Below are positions 18,171-27,541 of a stretch of 64,000 nucleotides of DNA, piece after piece (position 1 is the stretch's first letter; the number at the start of each line of letters is the position of its first letter). Position numbers and translations under genes: made by a program. Source of the stretch: an archaeon (lineage in GTDB: Archaea > Asgardarchaeota > Thorarchaeia > Thorarchaeales > Thorarchaeaceae); assembly GCA_024276825.1 (NCBI GenBank), contig JAJRWI010000053.1, positions 7,022 through 71,021 of the forward strand, in the 5' to 3' direction. The notes beneath the pieces are model-generated. The model was not told the origin of the DNA and did no database searches. It saw only the letters and a list, made by a program, of their open reading frames with translations.

Positions 18171-18947
18171 ATGAGAAGGAGTTATGACAATACTCCCGCT
18201 GGAGCACCTGGCAGACTGGACACATCTTTTGAGGTTCTGGGCAAAGATTCCAACTATAAATTCATTGATGCAAAACCTGCTACTGAAGAACAGATCTTAC
18301 GTGCTCATACACAGCATGTCATTGATCAAGTAAGGCACGAGAGCGAAGTCTGGCATCACCAATTGTATGACATGGCACTTCTAGCAGCTGGAGGAGCAAT
18401 CCAGACAGCAATGATTGGAGCCAGAGGGGAGCCTGCTTTTGGCCTGATAAGGCCACCAGGACATCATGCGTCAAGGGACAGCTTTTGGGGCTTTTGCTAT
18501 TTCAACAATATAGCGGTTTCGTTGCTTGAACTTCGTGTCCACGGTCTGAAAAACCCTGAATTTCCCCAGATATCCTCCGCATTCATTCTAGACTTTGATC
18601 TTCATGAGGGAGATGGAAACATCGATATTCTCAGCCCAGATCGAAGATTTATCATTTACAATCCGCGTGGACATGGCGATGAGGAATACCTCAAGGATGT
18701 GAAATTGGCCTTAGATATCAGCATTGATGTGGACATAATTGTAGCATCTGCTGGATTTGACCAATATAAGCATGATTGGGGTAGTAACCTATCAACAGAA
18801 GCATTCTACGAAATAGGACACCTGATGTATGAGTTTGCGATGGAACGTTGTGATGGCCGCAGATACGCACTTCTTGAGGGAGGATATAATCACGATGACC
18901 TTGGCAAGAATGTTCACGCCTTTTGTGAGGGCCTGCGAGGTGTATGA
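18171..18947 (+). CDS. histone deacetylase/acetoin-utilisation (HDAC superfamily) protein; start at internal ATG 18171 preferred over ORF-track 18027
   Basis: RPPGHHA, FCYFNN, DFDLHEGDG zinc-site motifs. Confidence 0.65.
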   Translation: MRRSYDNTPAGAPGRLDTSFEVLGKDSNYKFIDAKPATEEQILRAHTQHVIDQVRHESEVWHHQLYDMALLAAGGAIQTAMIGARGEPAFGLIRPPGHHASRDSFWGFCYFNNIAVSLLELRVHGLKNPEFPQISSAFILDFDLHEGDGNIDILSPDRRFIIYNPRGHGDEEYLKDVKLALDISIDVDIIVASAGFDQYKHDWGSNLSTEAFYEIGHLMYEFAMERCDGRRYALLEGGYNHDDLGKNVHAFCEGLRGV

Positions 18948-18997
18948 TGTCCCACGCGGAAAGCTTTATGACTGAAATCATCGGCGTTCAAATTGCA

Positions 18998-19075
18998 GGG
19001 CCCGTTGCCTAGCCAGGATAGGGCGCCAGCCTTCTAAGTTGGAGTTCGCCGGTTCAAATCCGGCCGGGCCCGCCA
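18998..19075 (+). tRNA. tRNA-Arg (anticodon TCT), CCA encoded
   Basis: Acceptor GGGCCCG/CGGGCCC, anticodon stem CCAGC/GTTGG with loop CTTCTAA, T-arm GCCGG-TTCAAAT-CCGGC. Confidence 0.85.
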
Positions 19076-19087
19076 TTAGATTTTGAG

Positions 19088-20824
19088 TCATTCCTCGAAG
19101 ACAAGTGCATGTTTCAGCCATTCTGGTAATTGCATGTCAAGCAGTGACTCTATCTCAGCAATAGATGAGATGGGGGTTCCTTTTAGTCGTGCGGCTCGCT
19201 TTCCACCAATTGAGGGAATGCTCTTCCATTGAAGCAGTGATGCATATTTGGGGTTAAAGGGATAGGGCAATGCTGAGAGAGACCTCGGACCATGACCAAC
19301 AACAAACACGTCAGTTTTGTCTTTAAACTTCGCATCGGGAATATAACATAGGGGAGGATATGTACCAAGAGGCCTTGCGAGAGAGTAGTTCCCATCAAGA
19401 CGTTCAAAGAAGACGTTTCGTAAGACTGTCCCCAGAGGAGCAACCCTTCTCATCATCTCTGTATCGATTGTTTCTCGAATGATCTTCTTATGACGGAAGA
19501 ACTCGTTTCGTTTTATCTTCCGTGATGATCTTCCACCCATGCGGGTCCCGGAGAATCCAATGACCTGACGGATATTAATACGGCGAACCATCAGACCCTC
19601 ATCAAGGATGCCCTGTAAGAACATGAGATTGTGTTCGAGAGTTCGCCTACTCTCACCCAATAGGCCATAGAGCAGATTGATTCCAGGGAGAAGGTGGGGA
19701 AGGCCCCAAGATGGACGAGTTCCGCCAATTCTATTGAGAAGGCGGATGGCTGAGATGACTTCACTCTCATTCGCCTTTAGATTATTCCTCTTAATCACTT
19801 CCGGGTCCACTGACTCCACACCAAATGCCGCAACATCACCAGGGGTATGATACTTGATTATTGCTTTAGCAACCTCAGCACTCTCTTCAGGATGATGGGC
19901 AAGTGTGCCAGGGTTGACATTGTCAATATGCAGGACCTCCACATCAGGGGCAACATGTCTGATTTTTGAGAACAGTTCATCGATTCTTTCTGGAGCGGGG
20001 ATTGGAAATTCTTCTTCACCCATTTCTCGAGAACCATAAGTGAATAAATCGGCCTGGTTACCAATTCTAAATGCTCTGGCCCCATGCTTGTACAAAGACT
20101 CAATCTCATTGACAATGTCGCGTATTGACCTCTGACTGGGAGGACCATACAATGGTTCGGTACAAAACGAACATCCACCCGAAATAAAACGGGGGCACCC
20201 AGTATAGGTCTCAATCTCACAGATTAGATATCCGCGGGAGAATCCAGGGTGCTGCGTAATGATTCTTGCACCACGAGGCGTGAATCTCTCAATCTCATTA
20301 TAGCCGGTTCTTACCCTAGACAAGTCCACTGCTTCAACAGACCCTCTCTCCATAATGTCGAATATGACAACTTCGGGATTTCCAATTACTATGTGATCAA
20401 ATGGGGGAGTCAGTACATCAGATCCTAGTGCAAGACGTCCGCCTTCGAGGCCGCATCCAAATCGCGCCCATGGTCCGACTAAGAGTTTTGGAATGTGCTG
20501 CAGACGTGTGTCATTGAAAATGCGTTGGGCCTCATTGACAGAGATTGGTGTGCCCCCAACATATTTTCCTGGCACAATCATTCCTGCAATGAGTATGATC
20601 ATGTCTGCATGAGTCCATTTGGATTGTGGATCATTCAAGGAGCGTATTTCGTCAATGGTCTGATATAGTATCTCTGTATGGGGAGATGCTGTCCATATCG
20701 CACCTGCTATGTATCTAGGGTAGGGGCTGATGTAAGGTGGAACACCCAGACAGGTTGGTTCGTCAACATAGCCATCAACAATGACTACTCTCTTCAGATC
20801 AGCCCCACTCCCTGAAGTTGTCAT
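19088..20824 (-). CDS. radical-SAM-like protein with N-terminal flavodoxin/B12-binding-like domain and atypical Cys motif
   Basis: GCPRFISGGCSFC (C-x7-C-x2-C) in place of canonical CxxxCxxC. 578 aa. Confidence 0.45.
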   Translation of the reverse strand: MTTSGSGADLKRVVIVDGYVDEPTCLGVPPYISPYPRYIAGAIWTASPHTEILYQTIDEIRSLNDPQSKWTHADMIILIAGMIVPGKYVGGTPISVNEAQRIFNDTRLQHIPKLLVGPWARFGCGLEGGRLALGSDVLTPPFDHIVIGNPEVVIFDIMERGSVEAVDLSRVRTGYNEIERFTPRGARIITQHPGFSRGYLICEIETYTGCPRFISGGCSFCTEPLYGPPSQRSIRDIVNEIESLYKHGARAFRIGNQADLFTYGSREMGEEEFPIPAPERIDELFSKIRHVAPDVEVLHIDNVNPGTLAHHPEESAEVAKAIIKYHTPGDVAAFGVESVDPEVIKRNNLKANESEVISAIRLLNRIGGTRPSWGLPHLLPGINLLYGLLGESRRTLEHNLMFLQGILDEGLMVRRINIRQVIGFSGTRMGGRSSRKIKRNEFFRHKKIIRETIDTEMMRRVAPLGTVLRNVFFERLDGNYSLARPLGTYPPLCYIPDAKFKDKTDVFVVGHGPRSLSALPYPFNPKYASLLQWKSIPSIGGKRAARLKGTPISSIAEIESLLDMQLPEWLKHALVFEE

Positions 20825-21791
20825 ACCCAGTCGCTTGGATCTTAACCTCTCCTGATGGGCTATTGAATATCACGCCTGAACCTTCATTCACTGTGCCTAT
20901 TTTCATAAGCGTCATCTTTTGACTCTGGGCAATCCCGAGTGCCTTGTTCCATTGGCCTTCCGGGATTGTCAACACAAGAGTGAACTCCTCACCTCCATTC
21001 ATGACTAAAGATGTCAGGTCAAGATCATGGCTCTTGGCAAATGATTCAACGCCAGCCGCAGTAGGCAATCTTGTAATGGTGAGTTGTTTCATGCTGTGAT
21101 TTGCCATAGTGTTAAGGGTGATTCCAAGACCATCACTACTGTCCATTGATGATGTGATGGCCCCTGCATTAGCGAGCGCAGATACAAGACTCAGACTGAT
21201 TGATGGCTTGTATGCTGCAAGAAGGGCTCGTTGTCTAAGGGTAGGATCAACACTAAGGTCCTTGAGTAGAATATGAAAGGCAACAGAAGTAAGCCCAAAT
21301 GAACTGGTAACAGCGATGATATCGCCCACCTGCGCTCCACCCCTTGTCACAATTCTCTGAGGCTCTGCAGAACCAATTGCGACACCGGTAAGAATCACGT
21401 CATTGGTTGTACCCATATCTCCACCAATGAATATTACTCCAGACTTGAGGCAGTACTGTGAGAAGCCCCGAATCAATTCGTAGGCAGACTGGGTGTCATA
21501 GTCTGGGGGAACACATAGTGAGAGCATTGTGGCAATTGGAGTTGCGCCCTTTGCAGCAATATCGCTGAGGGCCATGACTGCAGTCTTGCGGCCCACCTGT
21601 GCTTCAGACATTCCTGGAAGCCAGTCGGTAGAGCCAACAAAAGTATCAATGTTTATCACTACATTTGTGGACTCAGAGATTGGGATGTCTGATGCGTCTT
21701 CATCAAAGCCAAGCACTGCACCATCAATCTCGTTGACCAGTTCACGAATGCTTTCAAGGAAGGCGCGTTCGCCCAAGTCTCGTGTCTTCAA
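20799..21791 (-). CDS. thiL: thiamine-monophosphate kinase (PurM-like superfamily)
   Basis: ThiL-like N-terminal DEDAS, ALSDIAAKGATP, GGDMGT motifs. Confidence 0.65.
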   Translation of the reverse strand: MKTRDLGERAFLESIRELVNEIDGAVLGFDEDASDIPISESTNVVINIDTFVGSTDWLPGMSEAQVGRKTAVMALSDIAAKGATPIATMLSLCVPPDYDTQSAYELIRGFSQYCLKSGVIFIGGDMGTTNDVILTGVAIGSAEPQRIVTRGGAQVGDIIAVTSSFGLTSVAFHILLKDLSVDPTLRQRALLAAYKPSISLSLVSALANAGAITSSMDSSDGLGITLNTMANHSMKQLTITRLPTAAGVESFAKSHDLDLTSLVMNGGEEFTLVLTIPEGQWNKALGIAQSQKMTLMKIGTVNEGSGVIFNSPSGEVKIQATGYDNFREWG

Positions 21792-21868
21792 TGTGAAGCC
21801 TCAGTTCTGTAGTGTGAGTATCCATGATAAGTTTTATAGCATGAGCATATCGACGGCAAACAGAATAA

Positions 21869-21944
21869 GCCTCGGTGGCTAAGTGGTCAAGGCGTCTGCC
21901 TCGTAAGCAGAAGATCGCGGGTTCAAATCCCGCCCGGGGCTCCA
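21869..21944 (+). tRNA. tRNA-Thr (anticodon CGT), CCA encoded
   Basis: Acceptor GCCTCGG/CCGGGGC, anticodon stem TCTGC/GCAGA with loop CTCGTAA, T-arm GCGGG-TTCAAAT-CCCGC. Oligo-T follows. Confidence 0.85.
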
Positions 21945-22458
21945 TTTTTGCCTAGTCTCTTGTGCACCTTTAATATAGTTTATACAGGAATTTGGTTCAA
22001 TGGTATATTACAGAGGTGAAAAATATGAAAAAGAACAAGAATAAAAATACAAAAAGAGGAAATCCCAAGCCCGCCTTCTTTGAGTGGCTTGCAGGTACAA
22101 CTCGTTGATCACTAATTTTGAATTGAGGAGTTTTAATTAATGGGGCTTGTTCCCCAACTCCAAAAACATCCCCCATGGGTGCTTTTCTCATATCAATTGG
22201 CCCATTTTAATGGTTTTTACAGAATCTTACGCCTTACTGGTTTTTTATGATGATACTTGAAACATTTAGAAGATAGAGTTACATCTTTTAACTGAATGCC
22301 ATGATGTTAAATTATCTTTGCACAATGAATAGAGTGATGATTGAAGCGTAATCATCATCACGCAAAGCAATTTAACCGTTATTTCAGGCACAATAACGAT
22401 AATCTTAATAAAAGAACAGGAACTTTTTCCATTCACGTCCTTGGCGACGCATATGTTT

Positions 22459-22575
22459 GCGGAGGTTGCCAAGCCTGGCCAAAGGCGCTAGGTTGAGGGC
22501 CTAGACTTTATGGCCTCGGTCATAAACGGGCACTCTCGTAGGAGTTCGCGAGTTCAAATCTCGCCCTCCGCACCA
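22459..22575 (+). tRNA. tRNA-Leu (anticodon GAG), 117 nt including CCA; contains roughly 29-nt extra segment (putative non-canonical intron at about 22505..22533)
   Basis: Acceptor GCGGAGG/CCTCCGC, Leu-type D-arm GCC-AAGCCTGGCCAAA-GGC, intact anticodon arm CTAGG-TTGAGGG-CCTAG, Leu-type variable arm TCTCGTAGGAGTTCG, T-arm GCGAG-TTCAAAT-CTCGC. Extra 29 nt between anticodon stem and variable arm. Confidence 0.7.
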
Positions 22576-22645
22576 CATGGACTCGTTCTATCGACTCTTA
22601 AGACATCAGTGAGAACTGGGGATTTGCAGGTCAATAAAAGTAGGT

Positions 22646-22800
22646 GACCCGTTTCCTAAAGCCGTTCGTGGAAACGGGTCGGTGGGGGAGGGCATGTAAA
22701 GAGGAAAGGTCCTCTCTAAATGATAGACGTTGGAAATGAGAGGGGGAACTCATAATGAGAGGACCAGAGGAAGTCTTCATTTCGTCCGCTTCGGTGGTAT
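22646..22800 (+). ncRNA. candidate structured non-coding RNA (type undetermined)
   Basis: Perfect 11-bp hairpin 22646-22680 (GACCCGTTTCC/GGAAACGGGTC). 9-bp helix 22708-22716/22757-22765 (GGTCCTCTC/GAGAGGACC). Small stem-loop CCGC-TTCG-GTGG near 22783. Confidence 0.25.
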
Positions 22801-22960
22801 GTTGGCTATTGTTGTATATAAGAACCACATGAGTTGTTCTTGCAAACTAAGGGCAATGGATTGTAAAAAATGGGATTCTGTGGAGTGGCCAGAGTTCGAA
22901 TGATTACGGAACCTATAAAGGCACAATGGATGAAATTGAATGTGTGTCTGGGTGAAACTT

Positions 22961-23956
22961 ATGGCAGCACCGAGAATTGGAATAATTGGGATTGGCAACA
23001 TGGGAAGGATCCATGCACGAATACTTCACAGTATGCGATCTCTTGCTGCGATCGCTGACATGAATTATGCTCTTGCTAAAGGTGAGGGTGAGAAGTATGG
23101 TGTGGAGGCCTTTGACAGTTATGAGAAGATGCTAAACTCGGTTGATATTGATGGAGTCATCGTTGCCACGCCCACACCGACCCATGCGGAGATTGTAGAG
23201 TCCGTCCTTAAGAGTTCTGACAATCTGAAAGGCATTCTAATTGAGAAGCCACTTGCAAGTAGACTTGAAGATGGAGAGAGAGTTGCAGCGCTCTTGAAGA
23301 AGAAGAGAGTCATAGCACTTGTGTCACATTCAGAGATTTATAATCCAGTCCTAGGGAGGGCATTGTCATTAATCCAGAGTGGTGCTATTGGAACACCAAA
23401 GATGGTGATTCACGACAGGCGCGGTTTTGTCCAGCCCAAAAGAATTCCCTCACTGGGAGATGTCTTTGAAGATATTGGGGTTCATGATTTTGACATTATG
23501 ACCAGAATCAGTCAGGGTCCTGCAAAAGTATATGCCCAATGCAATTCAGAAGGAGGTATAATGAACTCTGGAGTTGTCATAATCAATTTTGAAAACGGGG
23601 CCAAGCATTTGTTTTTGTTATCTCGTGAATATGCAGGAAGAAAGCGAAGTTTAGACATCTCGGGAACAAAGGGCACACTTAATCTAGACTATTTCGCGCA
23701 AATCATCCGTGTTCAGGACCTTGATCAGGAGCCCAAGGCCGATAGCAGAGCAATCAACCTCCCCGAGAGAGGAGCCACCATTAAAGTATATGGAGAGCCA
23801 CTGGCAGAAGTACTGATTGATTTTATCAGCTGCATAGAGTCTGGGAATGAACCAAGAGTGGGGATTGAAGACGGACTTAGAGCACTTCGAGTTGTTGATG
23901 CTGCAAGAAAGAGTATAGAAACAAAAGGCATAATCGATATAGACATTACAAGATAG
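22961..23956 (+). CDS. Gfo/Idh/MocA-family NAD(P)-dependent oxidoreductase
   Basis: N-terminal Rossmann motif IGIIGIGNMGRIHA. Start at ATG 22961. Confidence 0.75.
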   Translation: MAAPRIGIIGIGNMGRIHARILHSMRSLAAIADMNYALAKGEGEKYGVEAFDSYEKMLNSVDIDGVIVATPTPTHAEIVESVLKSSDNLKGILIEKPLASRLEDGERVAALLKKKRVIALVSHSEIYNPVLGRALSLIQSGAIGTPKMVIHDRRGFVQPKRIPSLGDVFEDIGVHDFDIMTRISQGPAKVYAQCNSEGGIMNSGVVIINFENGAKHLFLLSREYAGRKRSLDISGTKGTLNLDYFAQIIRVQDLDQEPKADSRAINLPERGATIKVYGEPLAEVLIDFISCIESGNEPRVGIEDGLRALRVVDAARKSIETKGIIDIDITR

Positions 23957-25235
23957 CGCGTCCTGTAATGTGAGTTGGACCTGCAGAGATTATTGAAACC
24001 TTGATCCACTTGCCAATAGACACATCATCATGGATTATCACTGGTTTGTATGTGCATGTTCTAGCCAAGAAACCTCCCTTCGGAGCCTTGTCTGTCACTA
24101 TTGCTGGTACCTCTTGGCCAATCCATGAGGCATTGTGTTCAGCAGATATTTCATGTACCAGCTTTGAAAGACTTCGACTGCGTTCTTTCTTGGTATGAGT
24201 GTCTATTTTTTCAGTAGAGCAAGAAGCTGCTGTCTTTGGCCGATCACCATATTTTGAGATGTTGACTATTTGAGGGCGTGTGCGTCTGATGATTTCGATT
24301 GTCTGCTGGAAGTCATCATCAGACTCTCCCGGAAACCCGACTATGATATCAGTTGAGATTGTAGCATCAGGGAATCGATTGCGAATCACATTGATTATGG
24401 AGAGCCATACATCAGTTGTGTATCGCCGTCGCATTAGCCTCAATATCCTGTCACTGCCCGATTGAAGAGGGGCATGAAAGAACTTGAAGAAATGCTTCGA
24501 GTCCATCACATCTAACAAGTCATCAATAATACCAAGAACAAGGTCGGGATTGAACATGCCTAATCGAAATATATGCTCGCCCTCGATGGAGTCGAGATCT
24601 TTTAGTAGCTCGATGAGAGAACTCCCAGTATCTGCGCCATAAACGCCTGCGTCTTGAGAGGTGAGTCGGATTTCACGATAACCCAGGTGAGTGCATCGTT
24701 TCACCACACTCTTGATTTCAGAGATGGAATAGCTTCTGACCTTACCTCTTGCAAACTTCACTGCACAATAGGCACAGTTTCCAAGACAGCCCTCGCATAT
24801 TGGAACCGTGCATATTACACTATCAGGGGGACCTTCAAAATACCTTAGTTTAGACAATGAGTCAGAGTCAAGATGGACAATATTGCGTTCACCGGCCAAT
24901 ACGCGTTCAGCAACAGAGCCCAGTGTATCAATAGCCTGAGGGCCCAAGATTGCAGAGAATCCTGGAGCAGCAGAAACAATCCTATCAAAGGATATCTTTG
25001 GAAGACAGCCTGTAATAATTAATGGGACATTATGAGAAGAGAGCTCAGTAAGTCTGTGAATTACACGATCCTCAGTGGGTTCCTTCACACCGCACGTGTT
25101 CACGACTATCAAATCAGCAGAGTCGGGAGAGGAAACTCTGTGATAGCCAAGTTTTATCAAGCGTGAGGTAATCATATCAGAGTCTGCCATGTTTAGGGAG
25201 CATCCAAAGGTTTCAAGATAGAAGTCAATTGGCAC
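23946..25235 (-). CDS. MiaB-like tRNA methylthiotransferase (archaeal MtaB/CDKAL1-type)
   Basis: N-terminal MTTase domain (ETFGCSLNMADSD, NTCGV), radical-SAM CxxxCxxC (CEGCLGNCAYC), C-terminal TRAM. Confidence 0.8.
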   Translation of the reverse strand: MPIDFYLETFGCSLNMADSDMITSRLIKLGYHRVSSPDSADLIVVNTCGVKEPTEDRVIHRLTELSSHNVPLIITGCLPKISFDRIVSAAPGFSAILGPQAIDTLGSVAERVLAGERNIVHLDSDSLSKLRYFEGPPDSVICTVPICEGCLGNCAYCAVKFARGKVRSYSISEIKSVVKRCTHLGYREIRLTSQDAGVYGADTGSSLIELLKDLDSIEGEHIFRLGMFNPDLVLGIIDDLLDVMDSKHFFKFFHAPLQSGSDRILRLMRRRYTTDVWLSIINVIRNRFPDATISTDIIVGFPGESDDDFQQTIEIIRRTRPQIVNISKYGDRPKTAASCSTEKIDTHTKKERSRSLSKLVHEISAEHNASWIGQEVPAIVTDKAPKGGFLARTCTYKPVIIHDDVSIGKWIKVSIISAGPTHITGRAIL

Positions 25236-25246
25236 GGGATAATCAC

Positions 25247-25576
25247 CTAGCCACCTTGCACATGTGGGAGAATAGCCACCTCATCATTCTCAGAAATAGG
25301 GGTGTCAAGTCCTTCAGGCAAGAGATCAACATCCTTCTTGTTGAGCATCACAATCAGATTGCCACTTATACGGCCATTCTCATAGATAATGTGCTCGACT
25401 TCAGGGTTGCCAATCTTCACAACTCTCCGAATCACTTGCTCCACAGTGGCACCCTCTGGAAGGTCAAGTTCTAGTTTAGCCTTACCCAGTATTCGCTTAA
25501 TCGGCCCGAAGGACTTGAAGACCACTCTCAAGATGTCATTCCTCCCTTGATGGTTGAAGTTGTGATACCATATCAT
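25247..25576 (-). CDS. MoaD/ThiS-family ubiquitin-like small protein (SAMP-like), C-terminal GG; start probably downstream of the ORF-track Met
   Basis: Beta-grasp pattern, ends ...ILPHVQGG. Confidence 0.5.
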   Translation of the reverse strand: MIWYHNFNHQGRNDILRVVFKSFGPIKRILGKAKLELDLPEGATVEQVIRRVVKIGNPEVEHIIYENGRISGNLIVMLNKKDVDLLPEGLDTPISENDEVAILPHVQGG

Positions 25577-26015
25577 CGATCATCGAGTTTACTGTAGTGA
25601 TCACTTCATCAATCTGTTCATGTGTAGCATCATTGATGTGAACACCTGCAATTACCACCACTGATTTATTCAGAGTAGACGCTAGTTTCTCAGCAGTAGA
25701 CTGAGCCAGTATGTAGTCTTTATGCCCGGGGAAAGACAGTATGCTGACACTTGTTGTCAGATCATCTCTATAGCGACTCTTAGTGACATATGCGATAGCA
25801 GCTCCACCAACATGAGGGGAGTCCCCGCCATATATAATAACTACAAGGTCTTCACCAATGTTCTTGCTCTCAAGGGAAACCGAACCTCTTGCGAGGGGCC
25901 TTTTCATCTTCATTGCAAGAAATAATACTCTTGCAATTGGCTGTAATCTTTTTGGTTGGGCATACAGCAGGAGTTTCACTCTGACTTTTCCATCATCTTC
26001 TTGTGCATTCTCCAA
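25536..26015 (-). CDS. conserved hypothetical protein
   Basis: 159-aa ORF with VVIIYGGDSPHVGGAAIA segment. No confident family assignment. Confidence 0.3.
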   Translation of the reverse strand: MENAQEDDGKVRVKLLLYAQPKRLQPIARVLFLAMKMKRPLARGSVSLESKNIGEDLVVIIYGGDSPHVGGAAIAYVTKSRYRDDLTTSVSILSFPGHKDYILAQSTAEKLASTLNKSVVVIAGVHINDATHEQIDEVITTVNSMIDDMVSQLQPSREE

Positions 26016-27541
26016 GTCAATGTAAGGGTTTTTGGATGTGCTGCTCTGTACTCATCAAGCAGTCGGATGGCTGCGGAGTGTGGGGCATTCTTGACGATTT
26101 CTGGGTTTGAGTATGCCTCTTTAGAGATCTTCTGAAGCGCGTTTATAAAGTGGTCAAGGTCTTCCTTGGTTTCACTCTCAGTCGGTTCTATCATCAATGC
26201 CTCATCAACGATGAGCGGGAAGTATATTGTGGGGGCATGAATTCCAAAGTCTAGTAAACGCTTTGCCACATTCATGGCAGAAACCCCTGTTTCCTTTTCA
26301 AGTTCTTTTGCTGATATCACACACTCATGCATCCGTGGGGCATTCTTCGAATATGGAAGAGTAAACCCACGAATCTTACAAACATTCTGAGCCACATAGT
26401 TCGCGTTTAGCACCGCAATCTCAGAGGCTCGCTTTAGGCCTCTTCCCCCTAAGGCATAGATGTATGCATAAGCTCTCACGAGAACCCCAAAGTTCCCATA
26501 GAAGCCATGTATCTTCCCTATTGACTTGGGCAGGTCATAGTCCAAGTCAAAAGTACCATCATCATTTCTTATTATTCGCGGTATGGGGAGGAAATCTTTC
26601 AGTTTTTCTTTGACACCAACTGGACCTGCACCAGGTCCACCTCCACCATGAGGGGTTGAGAAGGTCTTATGCAAGTTGAGGTGGACAACATCAAAGCCCA
26701 TGTCACCAGGTCGAGTCACACCCATAATGGCATTGAAATTGGCACCATCATAGTACAGCAGACCACCAGCATCATGAACAATACCTGCAATTTCCTCTAT
26801 GTGTTTTTCAAACACACCAATTGTATTTGGATTGGTCAACATGAGACCTGCGGTATGAGGGCCTGCAGCTTCCTTCAGTGCATCAACATCAACAAGGCCA
26901 TCGGGATTTGAGGGGACAACTACTACCTTGTAGCCTGCCATTGCAGCTGAAGCGGGATTTGTGCCATGTGCAGAGTCTGGTATTAACATCTCATTACGTT
27001 TTTCGCCCTCACCTGAAATATGTTGATGAAATGCTCGAATCATCAATACTCCTGTGAATTCTCCCTGTGCACCAGCTGAGGGCTGTAAGGTCACTGCGTC
27101 CATTCCTGTGATCTCTGAGAGCCATTTTTCCAGCTCCCACATCAGTTCAAGAGCACCCTGAGTTTGACGTACATCTTGATAGGGATGAATCCAAGAGAAT
27201 CCGGGTAGTGACGCCATCATTTCATTGATTGCCGGGTTGTACTTCATAGTACAGCTGCCCAGAGGATATGTTCCAGTAGACACTGAATAGTTCATCTGGG
27301 ACAGCCGTGTATAATGCCTAGTCACTTGTGACTCTGTGAGAGAGGGAATCTCAGGAGGGGATTTCCTGATCATTTTGGCAGGGAGGATCTTATCAATTGG
27401 ACCAACAGTTGCAATAATTGAGTCCTCAACCTCGGGCACTTGATGCCCAATGACGCCCTCATTATGCATTTCAAATATGAGAGGTTCTGGCCAGCGCGCT
27501 TGCCTGAAGTCAGGCCTGTGATAGCCTTCAAACTCCTTCAT
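25976..27541 (-). CDS. gcvPB: glycine dehydrogenase (decarboxylating) subunit 2
   Basis: PLP-dependent GcvPB sequence (SxHKT region: NLHKTFSTPHGGGGPG). Confidence 0.9.
   Translation of the reverse strand: MKEFEGYHRPDFRQARWPEPLIFEMHNEGVIGHQVPEVEDSIIATVGPIDKILPAKMIRKSPPEIPSLTESQVTRHYTRLSQMNYSVSTGTYPLGSCTMKYNPAINEMMASLPGFSWIHPYQDVRQTQGALELMWELEKWLSEITGMDAVTLQPSAGAQGEFTGVLMIRAFHQHISGEGEKRNEMLIPDSAHGTNPASAAMAGYKVVVVPSNPDGLVDVDALKEAAGPHTAGLMLTNPNTIGVFEKHIEEIAGIVHDAGGLLYYDGANFNAIMGVTRPGDMGFDVVHLNLHKTFSTPHGGGGPGAGPVGVKEKLKDFLPIPRIIRNDDGTFDLDYDLPKSIGKIHGFYGNFGVLVRAYAYIYALGGRGLKRASEIAVLNANYVAQNVCKIRGFTLPYSKNAPRMHECVISAKELEKETGVSAMNVAKRLLDFGIHAPTIYFPLIVDEALMIEPTESETKEDLDHFINALQKISKEAYSNPEIVKNAPHSAAIRLLDEYRAAHPKTLTLTWRMHKKMMEKSE

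Noticed and set aside
22025-22108. 27-codon lysine-rich ORF MKKNKNKNTKRGNPKPAFFEWLAGTTR
   Set aside because: Too short and low-complexity, in an AT-rich spacer. No SD or conservation evidence available.
22700-22716. GAGGAAAGGTCC resemblance to RNase P RNA P4 (GGAAAGUCC)
   Set aside because: No matching 3-prime P4 strand (ACAGAA...CCGGCUUA-like) or other conserved regions found within 400 nt, so I did not call an RNase P RNA.
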